Assembly: GCA_021513715.1 (NCBI GenBank)
Contig: CP084167.1
Span: forward strand, 1,760,001-1,824,000
Reading direction: 5' to 3'
DNA length: 64,000 nt
Origin: Candidatus Heimdallarchaeum endolithica
GTDB lineage: Archaea > Asgardarchaeota > Heimdallarchaeia > Heimdallarchaeales > Heimdallarchaeaceae
Shown here one piece after another: positions 52,099 through 62,126 of the stretch. Position numbers and translations under genes: made by a program. The notes beneath the pieces were generated by a model. It did no database searches. It was not told the origin of the DNA and saw nothing but the letters and a program-made list of their open reading frames with translations. The stretch's first letter is position 1. Every line of letters starts with the position of its first letter.

Positions 52099-52785
52099 TC
52101 ACCTTTTTGAATTTAAAAATTCGTTAATTCTATTTGTTAGATTTTGTGTATGAGCTTCTCGCTCAATTTTCTTAATTGCTTCAATAGCACGTAATTCATC
52201 TTGGATTTTTTTCCCTTGAACCCATATTCTCCCATTTTGCCCAGTTATAATCTGGCATCTTGTTAATCTTTTTATCATATTTATCATACTACCTTTCTTT
52301 CCTATTACTCTTGGAATATGAGCTGCTTCAATCTCTATAACTCGCCCTCCTTTTAACTTCCCGAGACCACGTTCTTTAGTTGAAAGGTTAGGATCTTTTG
52401 TTCTATCAAAAGCAACTATTTTTGCTAAAACAATATCACCAACATCAAAAATTTTTCTTGCATCAGCCATTACTGGGTCAAAACGCTTTGTTACTGCATT
52501 CATACTTGTAAGAACTCCAACATAGGGAGAACCAATATCTAGTATCCAGTTTGTTAATCCAACATCTATAACTAATCCAATTACTAAGTCTCCTGCTCTT
52601 GGCAAATATTTACCTTTTAACGATTTTACAGAGATATAGTCCCCTCTATCCCTAAATAATCCAACAACAGTAGCGTAGTAATTGTTGTCTTGTCTTACGA
52701 CACCACTACCATATTTAAAATGACCAGTTGCAAGTTTATCTCCCGGTACAACTATGGCATGATTTTCAAAAAATATTTCATTCAT
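52099..52785 (-). CDS. rrp4: Exosome RNA-binding subunit Rrp4
   Basis: IVVPGD, YLPRAGDLVIG (S1), PRVIGKKGSMI (KH), GQNGRIW. Confidence 0.95.
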   Translation of the reverse strand: MNEIFFENHAIVVPGDKLATGHFKYGSGVVRQDNNYYATVVGLFRDRGDYISVKSLKGKYLPRAGDLVIGLVIDVGLTNWILDIGSPYVGVLTSMNAVTKRFDPVMADARKIFDVGDIVLAKIVAFDRTKDPNLSTKERGLGKLKGGRVIEIEAAHIPRVIGKKGSMINMIKRLTRCQIITGQNGRIWVQGKKIQDELRAIEAIKKIEREAHTQNLTNRINEFLNSKR

Positions 52786-52834
52786 ATTTTTTTCACAACT
52801 CCTAATAATAATTGTTTCTTTACACTATTTGTTT

Positions 52835-53587
52835 TTATTCAGAAAATCGTTCTAATACTTTTACTTGCGATTTTCCTTTTGACTTCGTCATTATTTCATC
52901 TAAGAAGTCTGCTTGTAATCCAGCGGGTATTTGAATAACTGCGACTAGTGAACCATCATCAAGCCATTCTTCTTGTAATAACTCTCCTTTGCTATGTAAA
53001 ACTCCATAAATTGGTCCAGTATAACTCGGAGGTATTTTTACAGCTAATTTTACAGTTTCTAACCTAATTGGCATAACAGGTTTTAATAATTTAATAATTT
53101 CATGAGCTTGATCTTTAACTTGTTCATTAAACTTTATATTCACCCCAAGGTCCAAAATAGCTTTTTCCAATCGATCTTTCGGAATTGGAGTATTTGTACG
53201 AGGATTTATACAGTGTAGATGAATATAATCAACAATTTCTGCTCTCTTCTCTTTCTGGATCTCTTGCCTTTGCTCTTGTGTAAGCTGTAAATTTCCCTCT
53301 TTAAGGATTTTTACAGCTATTTCTCTCTCAGTTAGATCACCAAAAACAGCTACAATGTCATCCTCACTTGCTTTTTCTCCTCTTGATAAGTTTTCATAGA
53401 CTGTATATGATTCAAAAATATCATCAATAGGAACATCTTCTCCTTGTCTAAACAACCAAGCAGGCTCTGGATTAACTAATAATTCAAACCTTCTTCCATG
53501 TGTTTCCAATCTAACTTTTGATTTTCCTCTTAAATCAATACGTCTATCAATAGTACTTCCAGTGTATCCATGACCCATTTTTTTCAC
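52835..53587 (-). CDS. Ribosome maturation factor SBDS/Sdo1
   Basis: GRRFELLV, ILKEGNLQLTQEQR, CINPRT, LKPVMPIR. Confidence 0.93.
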   Translation of the reverse strand: MKKMGHGYTGSTIDRRIDLRGKSKVRLETHGRRFELLVNPEPAWLFRQGEDVPIDDIFESYTVYENLSRGEKASEDDIVAVFGDLTEREIAVKILKEGNLQLTQEQRQEIQKEKRAEIVDYIHLHCINPRTNTPIPKDRLEKAILDLGVNIKFNEQVKDQAHEIIKLLKPVMPIRLETVKLAVKIPPSYTGPIYGVLHSKGELLQEEWLDDGSLVAVIQIPAGLQADFLDEIMTKSKGKSQVKVLERFSE

Positions 53588-53739
53588 ACTCTAGAATGTC
53601 AAAGTTGAAATTTTCCTTTTTAATATGATATTCAACACCTAATTTATAAGGCTTATTAAGATTGAGAATAAACAAACATTATATCAATATTTAAAAAAAA
53701 TAAAAGGACAGACACACAAATAAAAAAGTAGATGAAAAT

Positions 53740-54576
53740 ATGCCTGAAGGTCCAGAAGTAGAATGTGTGAAAAAAGCATTACAAAAGCTTATAGGTGAAA
53801 AAATCAAAAACATAGAGCTAACAGAACACTCACAAAAATACAAAAAATACAAAGGAAAAAATAATCAATTTAAATATTTCAAGGGAAAAACGATTAAGAA
53901 AATCGTTAGATATGGAAAATATTTTGTTTGGGAATTCGATACTGATAAAGTAATTCTTAATCATCTAGGAATGACAGGAATGTGGTATCTGAGTAATAAA
54001 ATTGAGATAAAAAATGCAACTCATCCAAAGTTGTTTATAAAAACAATGTCAGGAATCATTGCTGTTTTTAATGATATCAGAAATTTTGGTCAATTAAGAA
54101 TTTTTAACAATCTTTCAGAAATAAAGGAATATCCACCTATAAAGAATCTTGGGATAGATGGATTGGCTCTTCCTTTCCCAACCGAACTTTTTATTAGAAA
54201 ATTAAATGAAAAAAAATATGCAAACAAGCAAATAGCTAACGTTCTACTTGAACAGAAGTTAGTTGCAGGAATAGGAAACATATACAAGTCTGAATCTTTA
54301 CATCTTTCGAAGATAGACCCTCGTAAAACTGTAAAAGAGCTTTCATTAGAAGAGAAAAAAAGATTAGCTAAGGCTATATCTCAAACACTACAAAAAGCAG
54401 TAAAAAGTGGAGGAAGTTCAATAAACACTTATAGAATGCCCTCTGGTGAAGAAGGGAGAGGTCAACTTTGGCATCAAGTTTATCGAAAACAATATTGCGC
54501 AAATTGTAACTCAAAAATCAAAAAGATAGTCCAAAATAAAAGAACAACTTACTTTTGTCCAAAATGTCAAAATTAG
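53740..54576 (+). CDS. mutM: Formamidopyrimidine-DNA glycosylase Fpg/MutM
   Basis: MPEGPEV, RYGK, HLGMTG, DIRNFG, AGIGNIY, C-terminal zinc finger. Confidence 0.92.
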   Translation: MPEGPEVECVKKALQKLIGEKIKNIELTEHSQKYKKYKGKNNQFKYFKGKTIKKIVRYGKYFVWEFDTDKVILNHLGMTGMWYLSNKIEIKNATHPKLFIKTMSGIIAVFNDIRNFGQLRIFNNLSEIKEYPPIKNLGIDGLALPFPTELFIRKLNEKKYANKQIANVLLEQKLVAGIGNIYKSESLHLSKIDPRKTVKELSLEEKKRLAKAISQTLQKAVKSGGSSINTYRMPSGEEGRGQLWHQVYRKQYCANCNSKIKKIVQNKRTTYFCPKCQN

Positions 54577-54605
54577 TTAAAACTCTTTGTTTCAATATTT
54601 CAATT

Positions 54606-54945
54606 ATCAACTTGATTTTTGTACGCAAATCTTGCGCTCGGGAAAGATCTATCCTGGAGGGAGGAAGAACTTACCACTCATTGAGCCAGAGGAGGAGGTT
54701 GAGTGCTCCTCCTCCACGGAAACTAGAAAATTATTTTTCTTCTCACGTGAGAAAGGATAAAAGGAAGACCAAGAACTAAAGAAAGGTAAAAAAAGAGAGG
54801 ACAAACCTTTAAATCCTATATTATGAGAAGCGTTACGGTCGCTGTTGAGCTCTAAACCACAAGCAACACAACGATAGAGTCCTCGACTAACTCGTGAAGT
54901 CTTGGAAGTACGGCCACATTGAGAACAAGTTTGACTGGTGTAATG
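54606..54945 (-). mobile_element. tnpB: Truncated IS200/IS605-family tnpB 3' remnant with downstream structured region (putative omegaRNA / right end)
   Basis: YTSQTCSQCG...YRCVACGLELNSDRNASHNI (TnpB zinc finger and RuvC-III); hairpin GAGGAGGAG-N-CTCCTCCTC at about 54689-54714; homology with the 29.3-kb copy stops at GTTGAT (54606). Confidence 0.8.
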
Positions 54946-54973
54946 AAAATACTCCAAAACAGTTAAATCTGTT

Positions 54974-56959
54974 TTGATGGAGATACTCTTAATGAGCTTA
55001 GAAAATTTAATAAAAATTGTTTCAAAAGAATTATCTGGAGAACGTGCAAAGAGATACACAGAAAAAGTTTCTAATTATCATAGAATACAAGCTAGTTCAG
55101 GATTCTTAGATGCAATTGGATTTATAAAAAGTGAATTAGAGAGAATAGGAGACAAAAATTATAAGGTTGAGGAATTTATCGCAGATGGTAAAAAAAATAA
55201 TTATTCGTGGTATTCTCCAATCTCCTGGGAAATTAATGATGGTTTCCTAAGAATGATAGAACCTGAATGCTTTTACTTGTGTAGGTTTAATGAAACACCA
55301 GAAAGTATTGCCACACATTCAAAGAAGACAGATGTTAAAGCAGAATTAGTTGATATTGAGGATGCAACCAACAAAGAGATTCTCAAAAAAGAGAATATTG
55401 AAGGTAAAATTGTATTAACAAGCGCTTCTATTAAAAGCATAAAAGAAAAAATTTTCGAATTAGGCGCTCTAGGAGTCATAATTTATCCTACAGAAAAACG
55501 TGCAGTTGGAAAAGAAAATTTGATTCAATATGTTGGATTGTGGCCAAATGAGGAAGATGCGGAAATGACAACATTTGGCTTTTCAATATCTAGAAAACAA
55601 GCAATGATGCTAAAGAATTATCTTAAAAAAGAGAAAGTGGTTCTTCATGCAAAAATTGATTCTAAGCTTTATACTGGAAAACTCCACGTTTTGACAACAA
55701 AAATAGATGGAAATAGTAAAAATGATGGAGAAATCGTTTTAATAGCACACATTTGTCATCCCTACCCTTCTGCTAATGATAATGCATCAGGAAGCGGACT
55801 ACTATTAGAAATATTTAGAACATTAAAAAAACTAGTAGAAAAAAAAATTGTTGTTCCTAAAAGATCAATCAGATTTTTATGGGTACCAGAATTTAATGGA
55901 ACAATTCCATGGATAAAAAAACAAGTAGAAGAAGGTATATGGAATCCCGTTTTCTGTATCAATTTAGATATGGTAGGTGAACATCCAGGAATAATTGGAG
56001 AACCATTTACTGTAAGTCAATCAAGTGTTTCCATACCATTTTTCCTTAATGATTTAATAGCAGAATTAATAGAAAAATGCAAGGACAACCCATTATTAAT
56101 TGAACAGTCAGGTTGGAACCACCCCTGGAATTGTAGAATGAAACCTTTTGCAGGAGGTTCTGATCACATTTTATTTACAGATGAACCAGTTAGAATCCCA
56201 TCAGTAATGTTTGGGCATGAAGACAGATTTTGGCACACAAATTTAGATACAATAGAGAAGGTTGATTCAACAGAACTAAAACGTGTTGGTGTCCTTACAG
56301 TTTCTACAGTTTTATCATCTATAAATGAAACACAATTCAGTAATGAAATTCTGTTGTCATACATCACAGGATTTATGAAAAGAAAAAGTCAAGTTATTGC
56401 ATTTTTACAGAATAAATTACAAAACTTGCAGAAAAAAAGCGCTAATTATGTAGAATTAAGCATACTAGAAAGATTATGTGATACTTTTTTCGATAATGAA
56501 AAAGAAAAGGTAAGAAGTATTAAAAATCATTTTAAAAACTTCAATGAAGAATTGCTAGAATTTGTAGAGTCAGAGCTAAACCACACAAAAAATGAAATAA
56601 ATAAACTAACACCAAAAAGTGAGACATCCAGTAATATCAAAATTGACGAATTATATTTGAAAAAAATTGAAAGAAAATGGAAAGGTCCATTTAACATTAG
56701 CGAAATTTTTTCTTTGTTAAACAAAGAGAAAGAACAAGAAAATATCCTTAAAGAAGAAGAAAAAAGTTTGATTAAGTTTATTCAATCATCTTATTTTGGT
56801 GGATCAGTGCTTGAGTTAATAAATTTGATTAACAATAGAAGAACACTACTAGACATTTTAGTGAATTACACATTAGCCTTTTACAACATTCCTGAATTAA
56901 GCGCAATTGAAAATTTCTTCAAATATTTAAAGTCTAAAGAGCTTATTAAACTATCGTAA
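54974..56959 (+). CDS. M28-family aminopeptidase-like protein (DUF4910-like)
   Basis: AHICHP, ANDNASG, WVPE, NLDMVG, GSDH, WHTNLD. Confidence 0.85.
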   Translation: MMEILLMSLENLIKIVSKELSGERAKRYTEKVSNYHRIQASSGFLDAIGFIKSELERIGDKNYKVEEFIADGKKNNYSWYSPISWEINDGFLRMIEPECFYLCRFNETPESIATHSKKTDVKAELVDIEDATNKEILKKENIEGKIVLTSASIKSIKEKIFELGALGVIIYPTEKRAVGKENLIQYVGLWPNEEDAEMTTFGFSISRKQAMMLKNYLKKEKVVLHAKIDSKLYTGKLHVLTTKIDGNSKNDGEIVLIAHICHPYPSANDNASGSGLLLEIFRTLKKLVEKKIVVPKRSIRFLWVPEFNGTIPWIKKQVEEGIWNPVFCINLDMVGEHPGIIGEPFTVSQSSVSIPFFLNDLIAELIEKCKDNPLLIEQSGWNHPWNCRMKPFAGGSDHILFTDEPVRIPSVMFGHEDRFWHTNLDTIEKVDSTELKRVGVLTVSTVLSSINETQFSNEILLSYITGFMKRKSQVIAFLQNKLQNLQKKSANYVELSILERLCDTFFDNEKEKVRSIKNHFKNFNEELLEFVESELNHTKNEINKLTPKSETSSNIKIDELYLKKIERKWKGPFNISEIFSLLNKEKEQENILKEEEKSLIKFIQSSYFGGSVLELINLINNRRTLLDILVNYTLAFYNIPELSAIENFFKYLKSKELIKLS

Positions 56960-57237
56960 AAACTAAAAAACTACCGCATAGCACTTTTTATGATTTACTT
57001 TCTTACGTAAGTTTTTCGCACTCAGTCTTTCAAGAGAGAAAACTAACAAAAGTTTAATCTCTTGAGAACTCAACCAAACATACAATGGCAGCAGAGTCAA
57101 ACTAGAAGCCAGATTATTACCCATAATAATTTTTTAACATGCGATTTTCTAAATAAAATTTCAGAAACGAAATTATTTTAATATATGAAAGGTATACACC
57201 TTTAAGGAATTTAATATAAAGTTGGAGAAAAAGTAAA

Positions 57238-58017
57238 ATGTCTAAAGATCAAGTAAAAAGTTTAGTTAATTCAGTAGCTGTATTAAAAGAAATGGTTGAA
57301 AATATCGTCAAAGTTGTACAAAAAAGATTTGAAGAATTTGAACAAGAAATTACAGCAATAAAGAAAGAACTTCAAGAAATCAGATCAGGAGCTAAAGTAG
57401 AAAGTTCTACTTATGATTATTCAGGATTAGAAAATAAGTTAAACAAATTAGAAACTCGGTTAGAAAAGTTAAATGAGAAGTTCCTTCTATCAATTGCAGC
57501 AAAAACTGTTGAAAAAAGAGAAACAGAAGTGATTCCTAAAACTCCAGCTCCAGAACCAAAACCAACTCCAGTAACAGCACCAACCCCAGAACCAAAACCA
57601 ACTCCACAAGTAACAGCACCACCTCCAGAACCAAAACCAACTCCAGTAACAGCACCAACCCCAGAACCAAAACCAACTCCACAAGTAACAGCACCACCTC
57701 CAGAACCAAAACCAACTCCAGTAACAGCACCAACCCCAGAACCAAAACCAACTCCACAAGTAACAGCACCAGCGACTAAACCAGTTCCTTCTAGCGAAAG
57801 AGATGTAAGTCCAATTGCCAAAGAAGCACCAAGTGCACCAATTCCTTCACCCCCAAAGGTTGCTCAACCTACCACTCCACAGCCTTTTACTCCATCACGC
57901 ATTGATAGAGTAGCAAAATCATTAGAAAAACAAGAAACTCCAAGTACAACAGAGGAACCTGCCTCAGGAGACAAAGCAGAGTTATTAAAAGCATTAAAGG
58001 AATTAGAAGAATTGTAA
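57238..58017 (+). CDS. Coiled-coil + proline/threonine-rich repeat protein with C-terminal amphipathic helix
   Basis: Heptad-rich N-terminus, (PEPKPTP[Q]VTAP)n middle, terminal GDKAELLKALKELEEL. Confidence 0.8.
   Translation: MSKDQVKSLVNSVAVLKEMVENIVKVVQKRFEEFEQEITAIKKELQEIRSGAKVESSTYDYSGLENKLNKLETRLEKLNEKFLLSIAAKTVEKRETEVIPKTPAPEPKPTPVTAPTPEPKPTPQVTAPPPEPKPTPVTAPTPEPKPTPQVTAPPPEPKPTPVTAPTPEPKPTPQVTAPATKPVPSSERDVSPIAKEAPSAPIPSPPKVAQPTTPQPFTPSRIDRVAKSLEKQETPSTTEEPASGDKAELLKALKELEEL
57550..57771 (+). repeat. Three tandem copies of a 75-bp unit (36+39-bp subunits)
   Basis: CCAGAACCAAAACCAACTCCA(CAA)GTAACAGCACCA occurs six times; units start at 57550, 57625 and 57700. Confidence 0.95.
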
Positions 58018-58080
58018 CCTTTTTTTTTAAAAAAAATAAGTAATGTAATAAGAAGAAAATTCTTTAATGCTTAAAAATCA

Positions 58081-59127
58081 TTGTGTATAATGATTTTTCC
58101 ATTTATAATTTATCTATTAGCGTTTGTATTACCAGCATCAATTTCTCTTGCTATATTTCCATTTTTCATAAAAAAAATGTTATCCATAGGTAAATATGGA
58201 ATTGATATTCACAAGAAAGAACAACCAAAAGTTGCTGAAATGGGAGGAATAGTTACTTTATTTGCAATAATACTTAGTTCAGTAATTTTGATTTTACTAG
58301 TACAAGAACAATCAATGAAATTGGAGATCATGGTATTTACTATAACTTTAACAATAGCAGGAATTATAGGGATTATCGACGATATTCGCCCACTGGGAGC
58401 AATTATGAAACCTATACTGCTATTGCTTGCAGCAGCACCTATAATAATTTCAGGTTATTTTACTCCACAACCAGTATTACCATTTGTTGGAAAAACTAGA
58501 TTAACAATCGTTTACTACCTCTTACTCCCATTTGTAATTTCTGTTACATCTAACTCAGTTAATATGATTGATGTTTATAATGGTTCTATGGCTTCAACTA
58601 CAATAATTATTTTAGTTTGCATTTTCATTTCTAATGGAATAATAAATGGTTTCCAATTTACTACTCTCAACACAACTAACATCTATATTTTGATTATGCT
58701 AGCTGCAGCTTTTTCATTTTGGCTTTTCAATCGATACCCTGCTAAGGTTTTTGCTGGAGACACGGGTAGTTTAATTTTTGGTGCAGCACTTGGTGCAATT
58801 GCTGTACTCGGTAAACTGGAAATAGTTGTAATAATAGCAATGATTCCTTTGATAATGAACTCTTTTGGAATTATAAGCAGTGTAAAAGGATTAAAAGAAA
58901 GAAGAGAGATTAAAGTACGTCCAACTTCAATGACTGAAGATTGGAAGCTTCAAGCAACAAGAGATTCTGGAGCACCTATTACACTTGCAGGATTAGTCCT
59001 ACAAAAAGGGCCATTACGGGAGGATGATGTAGTAAAAGCTTTTAATATTTTAGTTATTAACAGTGGATTTTTGTCTATAATTACAGCAATATTAATCTGG
59101 GTAACAGAAACTTTTTTGGTGAAATAA
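58081..59127 (+). CDS. aglH: UDP-GlcNAc:dolichyl-phosphate GlcNAc-1-P transferase (AglH/Alg7, MraY family)
   Basis: GIDIHK, VAEMGG, GIIDD, NSVNMIDVYNG, FNRYPAKVFAGDTG. Confidence 0.85.
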   Translation: MCIMIFPFIIYLLAFVLPASISLAIFPFFIKKMLSIGKYGIDIHKKEQPKVAEMGGIVTLFAIILSSVILILLVQEQSMKLEIMVFTITLTIAGIIGIIDDIRPLGAIMKPILLLLAAAPIIISGYFTPQPVLPFVGKTRLTIVYYLLLPFVISVTSNSVNMIDVYNGSMASTTIIILVCIFISNGIINGFQFTTLNTTNIYILIMLAAAFSFWLFNRYPAKVFAGDTGSLIFGAALGAIAVLGKLEIVVIIAMIPLIMNSFGIISSVKGLKERREIKVRPTSMTEDWKLQATRDSGAPITLAGLVLQKGPLREDDVVKAFNILVINSGFLSIITAILIWVTETFLVK

Positions 59128-59397
59128 ATGAAGTATTATAAAATAGTTCCAAGATTGAGGAGTATAATAGGATTAGAATTTTTTGTTTTTGTAACATTTT
59201 TAGCTATCTGCGAATTAATCAACATACTAATTGTAAATCTTATCCCAAACACCACCGATACATTCTTAGCTTTTGTATACGGATTTTTAGAGATAGGAGG
59301 AAGCGCTATTTTAGTTGGAGTTTGGTTAATAATCTGGTACGTTTTAACAAAAAGATTGATGAAAAATAGTAAATTAGAATCTGCAGCTAAAAAATAA
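59128..59397 (+). CDS. Small two-TM membrane protein
   Basis: ATG immediately follows the aglH stop; two hydrophobic helices. Confidence 0.6.
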   Translation: MKYYKIVPRLRSIIGLEFFVFVTFLAICELINILIVNLIPNTTDTFLAFVYGFLEIGGSAILVGVWLIIWYVLTKRLMKNSKLESAAKK

Positions 59398-59417
59398 AAA
59401 GGAAAAATACATTAAAG

Positions 59418-60083
59418 TTACGAAGAAACTTTTTGCGATTCTAAAAGATATAATCGTTTCTTTAGTGAATGATATTTTTTCGCAAATTCTAGGCTTGAAA
59501 CTTCATAATCCTCAAACTTCTGTTCGAGAGCAAACAATTCATTTTCTACTTTTAATATTTCATCCTCAAGTAGTTTTGATTTCTCTTGAGCGATAACATT
59601 TTCTGAAACGCTACTTCTTTCTTTTTGCTCAATTTCTGCTAATTCTTTTCTTTTTTGCTGTAATATTTGAACTAATTGAGATTTTTGATTATTTAACATT
59701 GCTATTTCTGATGTTGGATCTTCCCATGTAGTTTCTGCGTAGGAAACCATTTTTGCCTTTACTCTTTGAAACAGGCGTTTTACTTCTGCAATTACTTGAA
59801 ATATGTGATAAGTTGGTCTCCACCTGGCTAACATTCTCATTGAAAGAATTCCATCTTCTACATTTGGATGTTCCATAGGGGTATTAACATAGATAGTTGG
59901 AGGGATATTTGGGAAATCATTCGAAATAACAATCTCTATTTCTGCATTTTTTGTACCTGTATAGGTTTGAACTGGAACATATCCTTTCCATATTCTTAAA
60001 TTACCATCCTTAGGTTCAAAACCATAAGCTCTTTCATAAATAAATTGGGCCTCTCGACTTAGGATTTCATCAGAAATAGTCAT
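59418..60083 (-). CDS. UEV (inactive E2-like) + coiled coil + steadiness-box-like helix pair: Vps23/TSG101-Vps37-like ESCRT-I subunit
   Basis: FPNIPP...HPNVEDGILS (no catalytic Cys), WRPTY; C-terminal LFALEQKFEDYEVSSLEFAKKYHSLKKRLYLL. Confidence 0.75.
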   Translation of the reverse strand: MTISDEILSREAQFIYERAYGFEPKDGNLRIWKGYVPVQTYTGTKNAEIEIVISNDFPNIPPTIYVNTPMEHPNVEDGILSMRMLARWRPTYHIFQVIAEVKRLFQRVKAKMVSYAETTWEDPTSEIAMLNNQKSQLVQILQQKRKELAEIEQKERSSVSENVIAQEKSKLLEDEILKVENELFALEQKFEDYEVSSLEFAKKYHSLKKRLYLLESQKVSS

Positions 60084-60277
60084 ATTTAATCAACACTCCT
60101 TGAATCTAATTAACGAATCCCCTATAAATAACTTCCTTTTTAACTTTGAAGATTAACTCTTATTCTCTAACTACAGAAATTCAGTTTACAAAATCCATTG
60201 TTGTTAGAAGATGGACGCTTGTTAAAATTAGGTATCCCTAACTTTAAAAATAAAATAGTTGGAGTTAGATTCAAACA

Positions 60278-62122
60278 GTGGAAAAAATGAGAATCGCAAT
60301 TATCGATATAGAAAAGTGTAAACCTTCAAAATGTGGCAAAGTATGTTACAAATATTGCCCTCCAGTAAGGATGGGACAAGAAACTATTACATTTGATGGG
60401 TCAGAAAATAAAGCTGTTATACATGAAGAATTATGTACTGGGTGTGGTATTTGCATTAAAAAATGCCCTTTCCATTGTATAAAAATTATAAACTTACCAG
60501 AAGAGTTGGATGATCAGGTTACACACAGGTATAGCATTAATGGCTTCAAACTACACAGATTACCAATGCCTTCATTTGGAAGCGTGATAGGATTAGTAGG
60601 CCAAAACGGCTCAGGGAAAACTACAACCCTTAACATTCTATCTGGAGAATTAAAACCAAACCTCGGAAACTATGAAAATCCTCCTGAATGGGATGAGATA
60701 ATTGAACATTATAGAGGAACAATAATCCAAGATTACTTCTCAAAGTTAGTAAATAAAGAATTAAAAGTAGTAAAGAAACCCCAAAGCGTTGATAGACTAC
60801 CCAGAGTAGTTAAAGGTAAGGTATCAGAACTGTTGAAAAAAGTCGACGAAAGAGGAATTATTGACGAAATAAAAACAGAGTTTTCTTTAGAAAATGTATG
60901 GGATAGAGAAATTTCTAAACTTAGTGGAGGTGAACTTCAACGACTTGCAATTGCAGCCACAGTAGTAAGAGATGCCGATGTTTACATGTTTGATGAACCA
61001 ACTAGTTACTTAGATATAAATGAGAGAGTTCGTATTTCTAAGTACATCAACGATATGCAAGCAACAAATAGAACAATAATTGTTGTTGAACATGACCTAG
61101 CGATGTTGGACTATGTAAGTGAAAATATTCATATCTATTATGGGCAAGCAGGAGCTTATGGAATTGTAAGTCAACCAATGAGCGTCCGTGAGGGAATAAA
61201 TGTTTTCTTAGATGGTTATATTCCCTCAGAAAACATGCGTTTCAGAGACACTAGCATCATATTTAGGAAAGCTTCACTAGCATCAACAAGCTTATCACAC
61301 AGGATAGCGATTAGATATGGAGATATAACAAAAAAATTTGATACATTCAAACTGCAAGTGAAAGGAGGAGAAATACATAAGGGAGAGGTTATAGGAATAA
61401 TAGGTCCAAATGGTATAGGTAAAACAACCTTTGTAAAGATACTAGCGGGAGTATTAGAACCCACCACAATGTCTCAACCTATTGAATTGTTGAGCGAAAT
61501 CCTTGAAATAGACAAGAAACTTGCAGATGATGAAGAGAAAAAAGTAATTGTAAGCCACAAACCTCAATATCTCTATACTGAATCAGAAGAAACAGTAGAA
61601 AGTTATCTAAGAGAAATAAGTCCTGAGATTCTTACTGGAGCATGGTACAGAACAGAAATAGTTAAACCACTAGATATAGAGAAATTAAAAGATCAACCAT
61701 TAAATGAATTATCAGGAGGAGAACTTCAGAGAGTTTCTATTGCAGCATGTTTATCTAGAAAAGCTCATTTATACCTATTAGATGAACCATCAGCTTATAT
61801 TTCTGCAGAAGATAGAGTAAGTACTGCGAGAGTGATAAAGAGAGTAATTAGTCATTATGAAGCAACTGCTTTAGTAGTGGAACACGATGTAATGATGCTT
61901 AATTTTCTAAGCGACAATCTCATTGTCTTTGAAGGAACCCCTGGAAGAGAAGGAAAAAGCACTTCTATTATGTCTCTACAACAAGGAATGAACAAGTTTC
62001 TCAAAAAAATGGAAATAACTTTTAGACAAGATCCAAAAACTCTTCGACCACGTGTTAATAAGAAAGATTCTCAATTGGATAAAAAACAAAAAGCTGAAGG
62101 AAAATATTTTGTTGCTCTTTAA
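60278..62122 (+). CDS. rli: Ribosome recycling ATPase ABCE1/Rli1
   Basis: N-terminal Fe-S domain (CKPSKC, CTGCGICIKKCP), two NBDs with LSGGELQR, terminal RPRVNK. Confidence 0.96.
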   Translation: MEKMRIAIIDIEKCKPSKCGKVCYKYCPPVRMGQETITFDGSENKAVIHEELCTGCGICIKKCPFHCIKIINLPEELDDQVTHRYSINGFKLHRLPMPSFGSVIGLVGQNGSGKTTTLNILSGELKPNLGNYENPPEWDEIIEHYRGTIIQDYFSKLVNKELKVVKKPQSVDRLPRVVKGKVSELLKKVDERGIIDEIKTEFSLENVWDREISKLSGGELQRLAIAATVVRDADVYMFDEPTSYLDINERVRISKYINDMQATNRTIIVVEHDLAMLDYVSENIHIYYGQAGAYGIVSQPMSVREGINVFLDGYIPSENMRFRDTSIIFRKASLASTSLSHRIAIRYGDITKKFDTFKLQVKGGEIHKGEVIGIIGPNGIGKTTFVKILAGVLEPTTMSQPIELLSEILEIDKKLADDEEKKVIVSHKPQYLYTESEETVESYLREISPEILTGAWYRTEIVKPLDIEKLKDQPLNELSGGELQRVSIAACLSRKAHLYLLDEPSAYISAEDRVSTARVIKRVISHYEATALVVEHDVMMLNFLSDNLIVFEGTPGREGKSTSIMSLQQGMNKFLKKMEITFRQDPKTLRPRVNKKDSQLDKKQKAEGKYFVAL

Positions 62123-62126
62123 ACCT

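Noticed and set aside
54946-55059. N-terminal part of ORF 54649-55059 as genuine TnpB
   Set aside because: It overlaps the peptidase start on the opposite strand and lacks TnpB motifs; similarity begins only at YTSQTC.
56983-57125. 53-codon minus-strand ORF and hairpin TCAAGAGA...TCTCTTGA
   Set aside because: No SD, motif or second copy; compatible with chance in AT-rich DNA.
57550-57771. Possible CRISPR array
   Set aside because: Units are contiguous, in frame and lack unique spacers; no cas operon is present. The Cas4-like motif at about 43 kb is part of Dna2.
57417-57821. Three antisense ORFs with striking periodic sequences (WSWFWFWGWCC, VLVLGLVLLL, GVGFGSG)
   Set aside because: They are reverse-frame shadows of the Pro/Thr repeat in the + strand gene.
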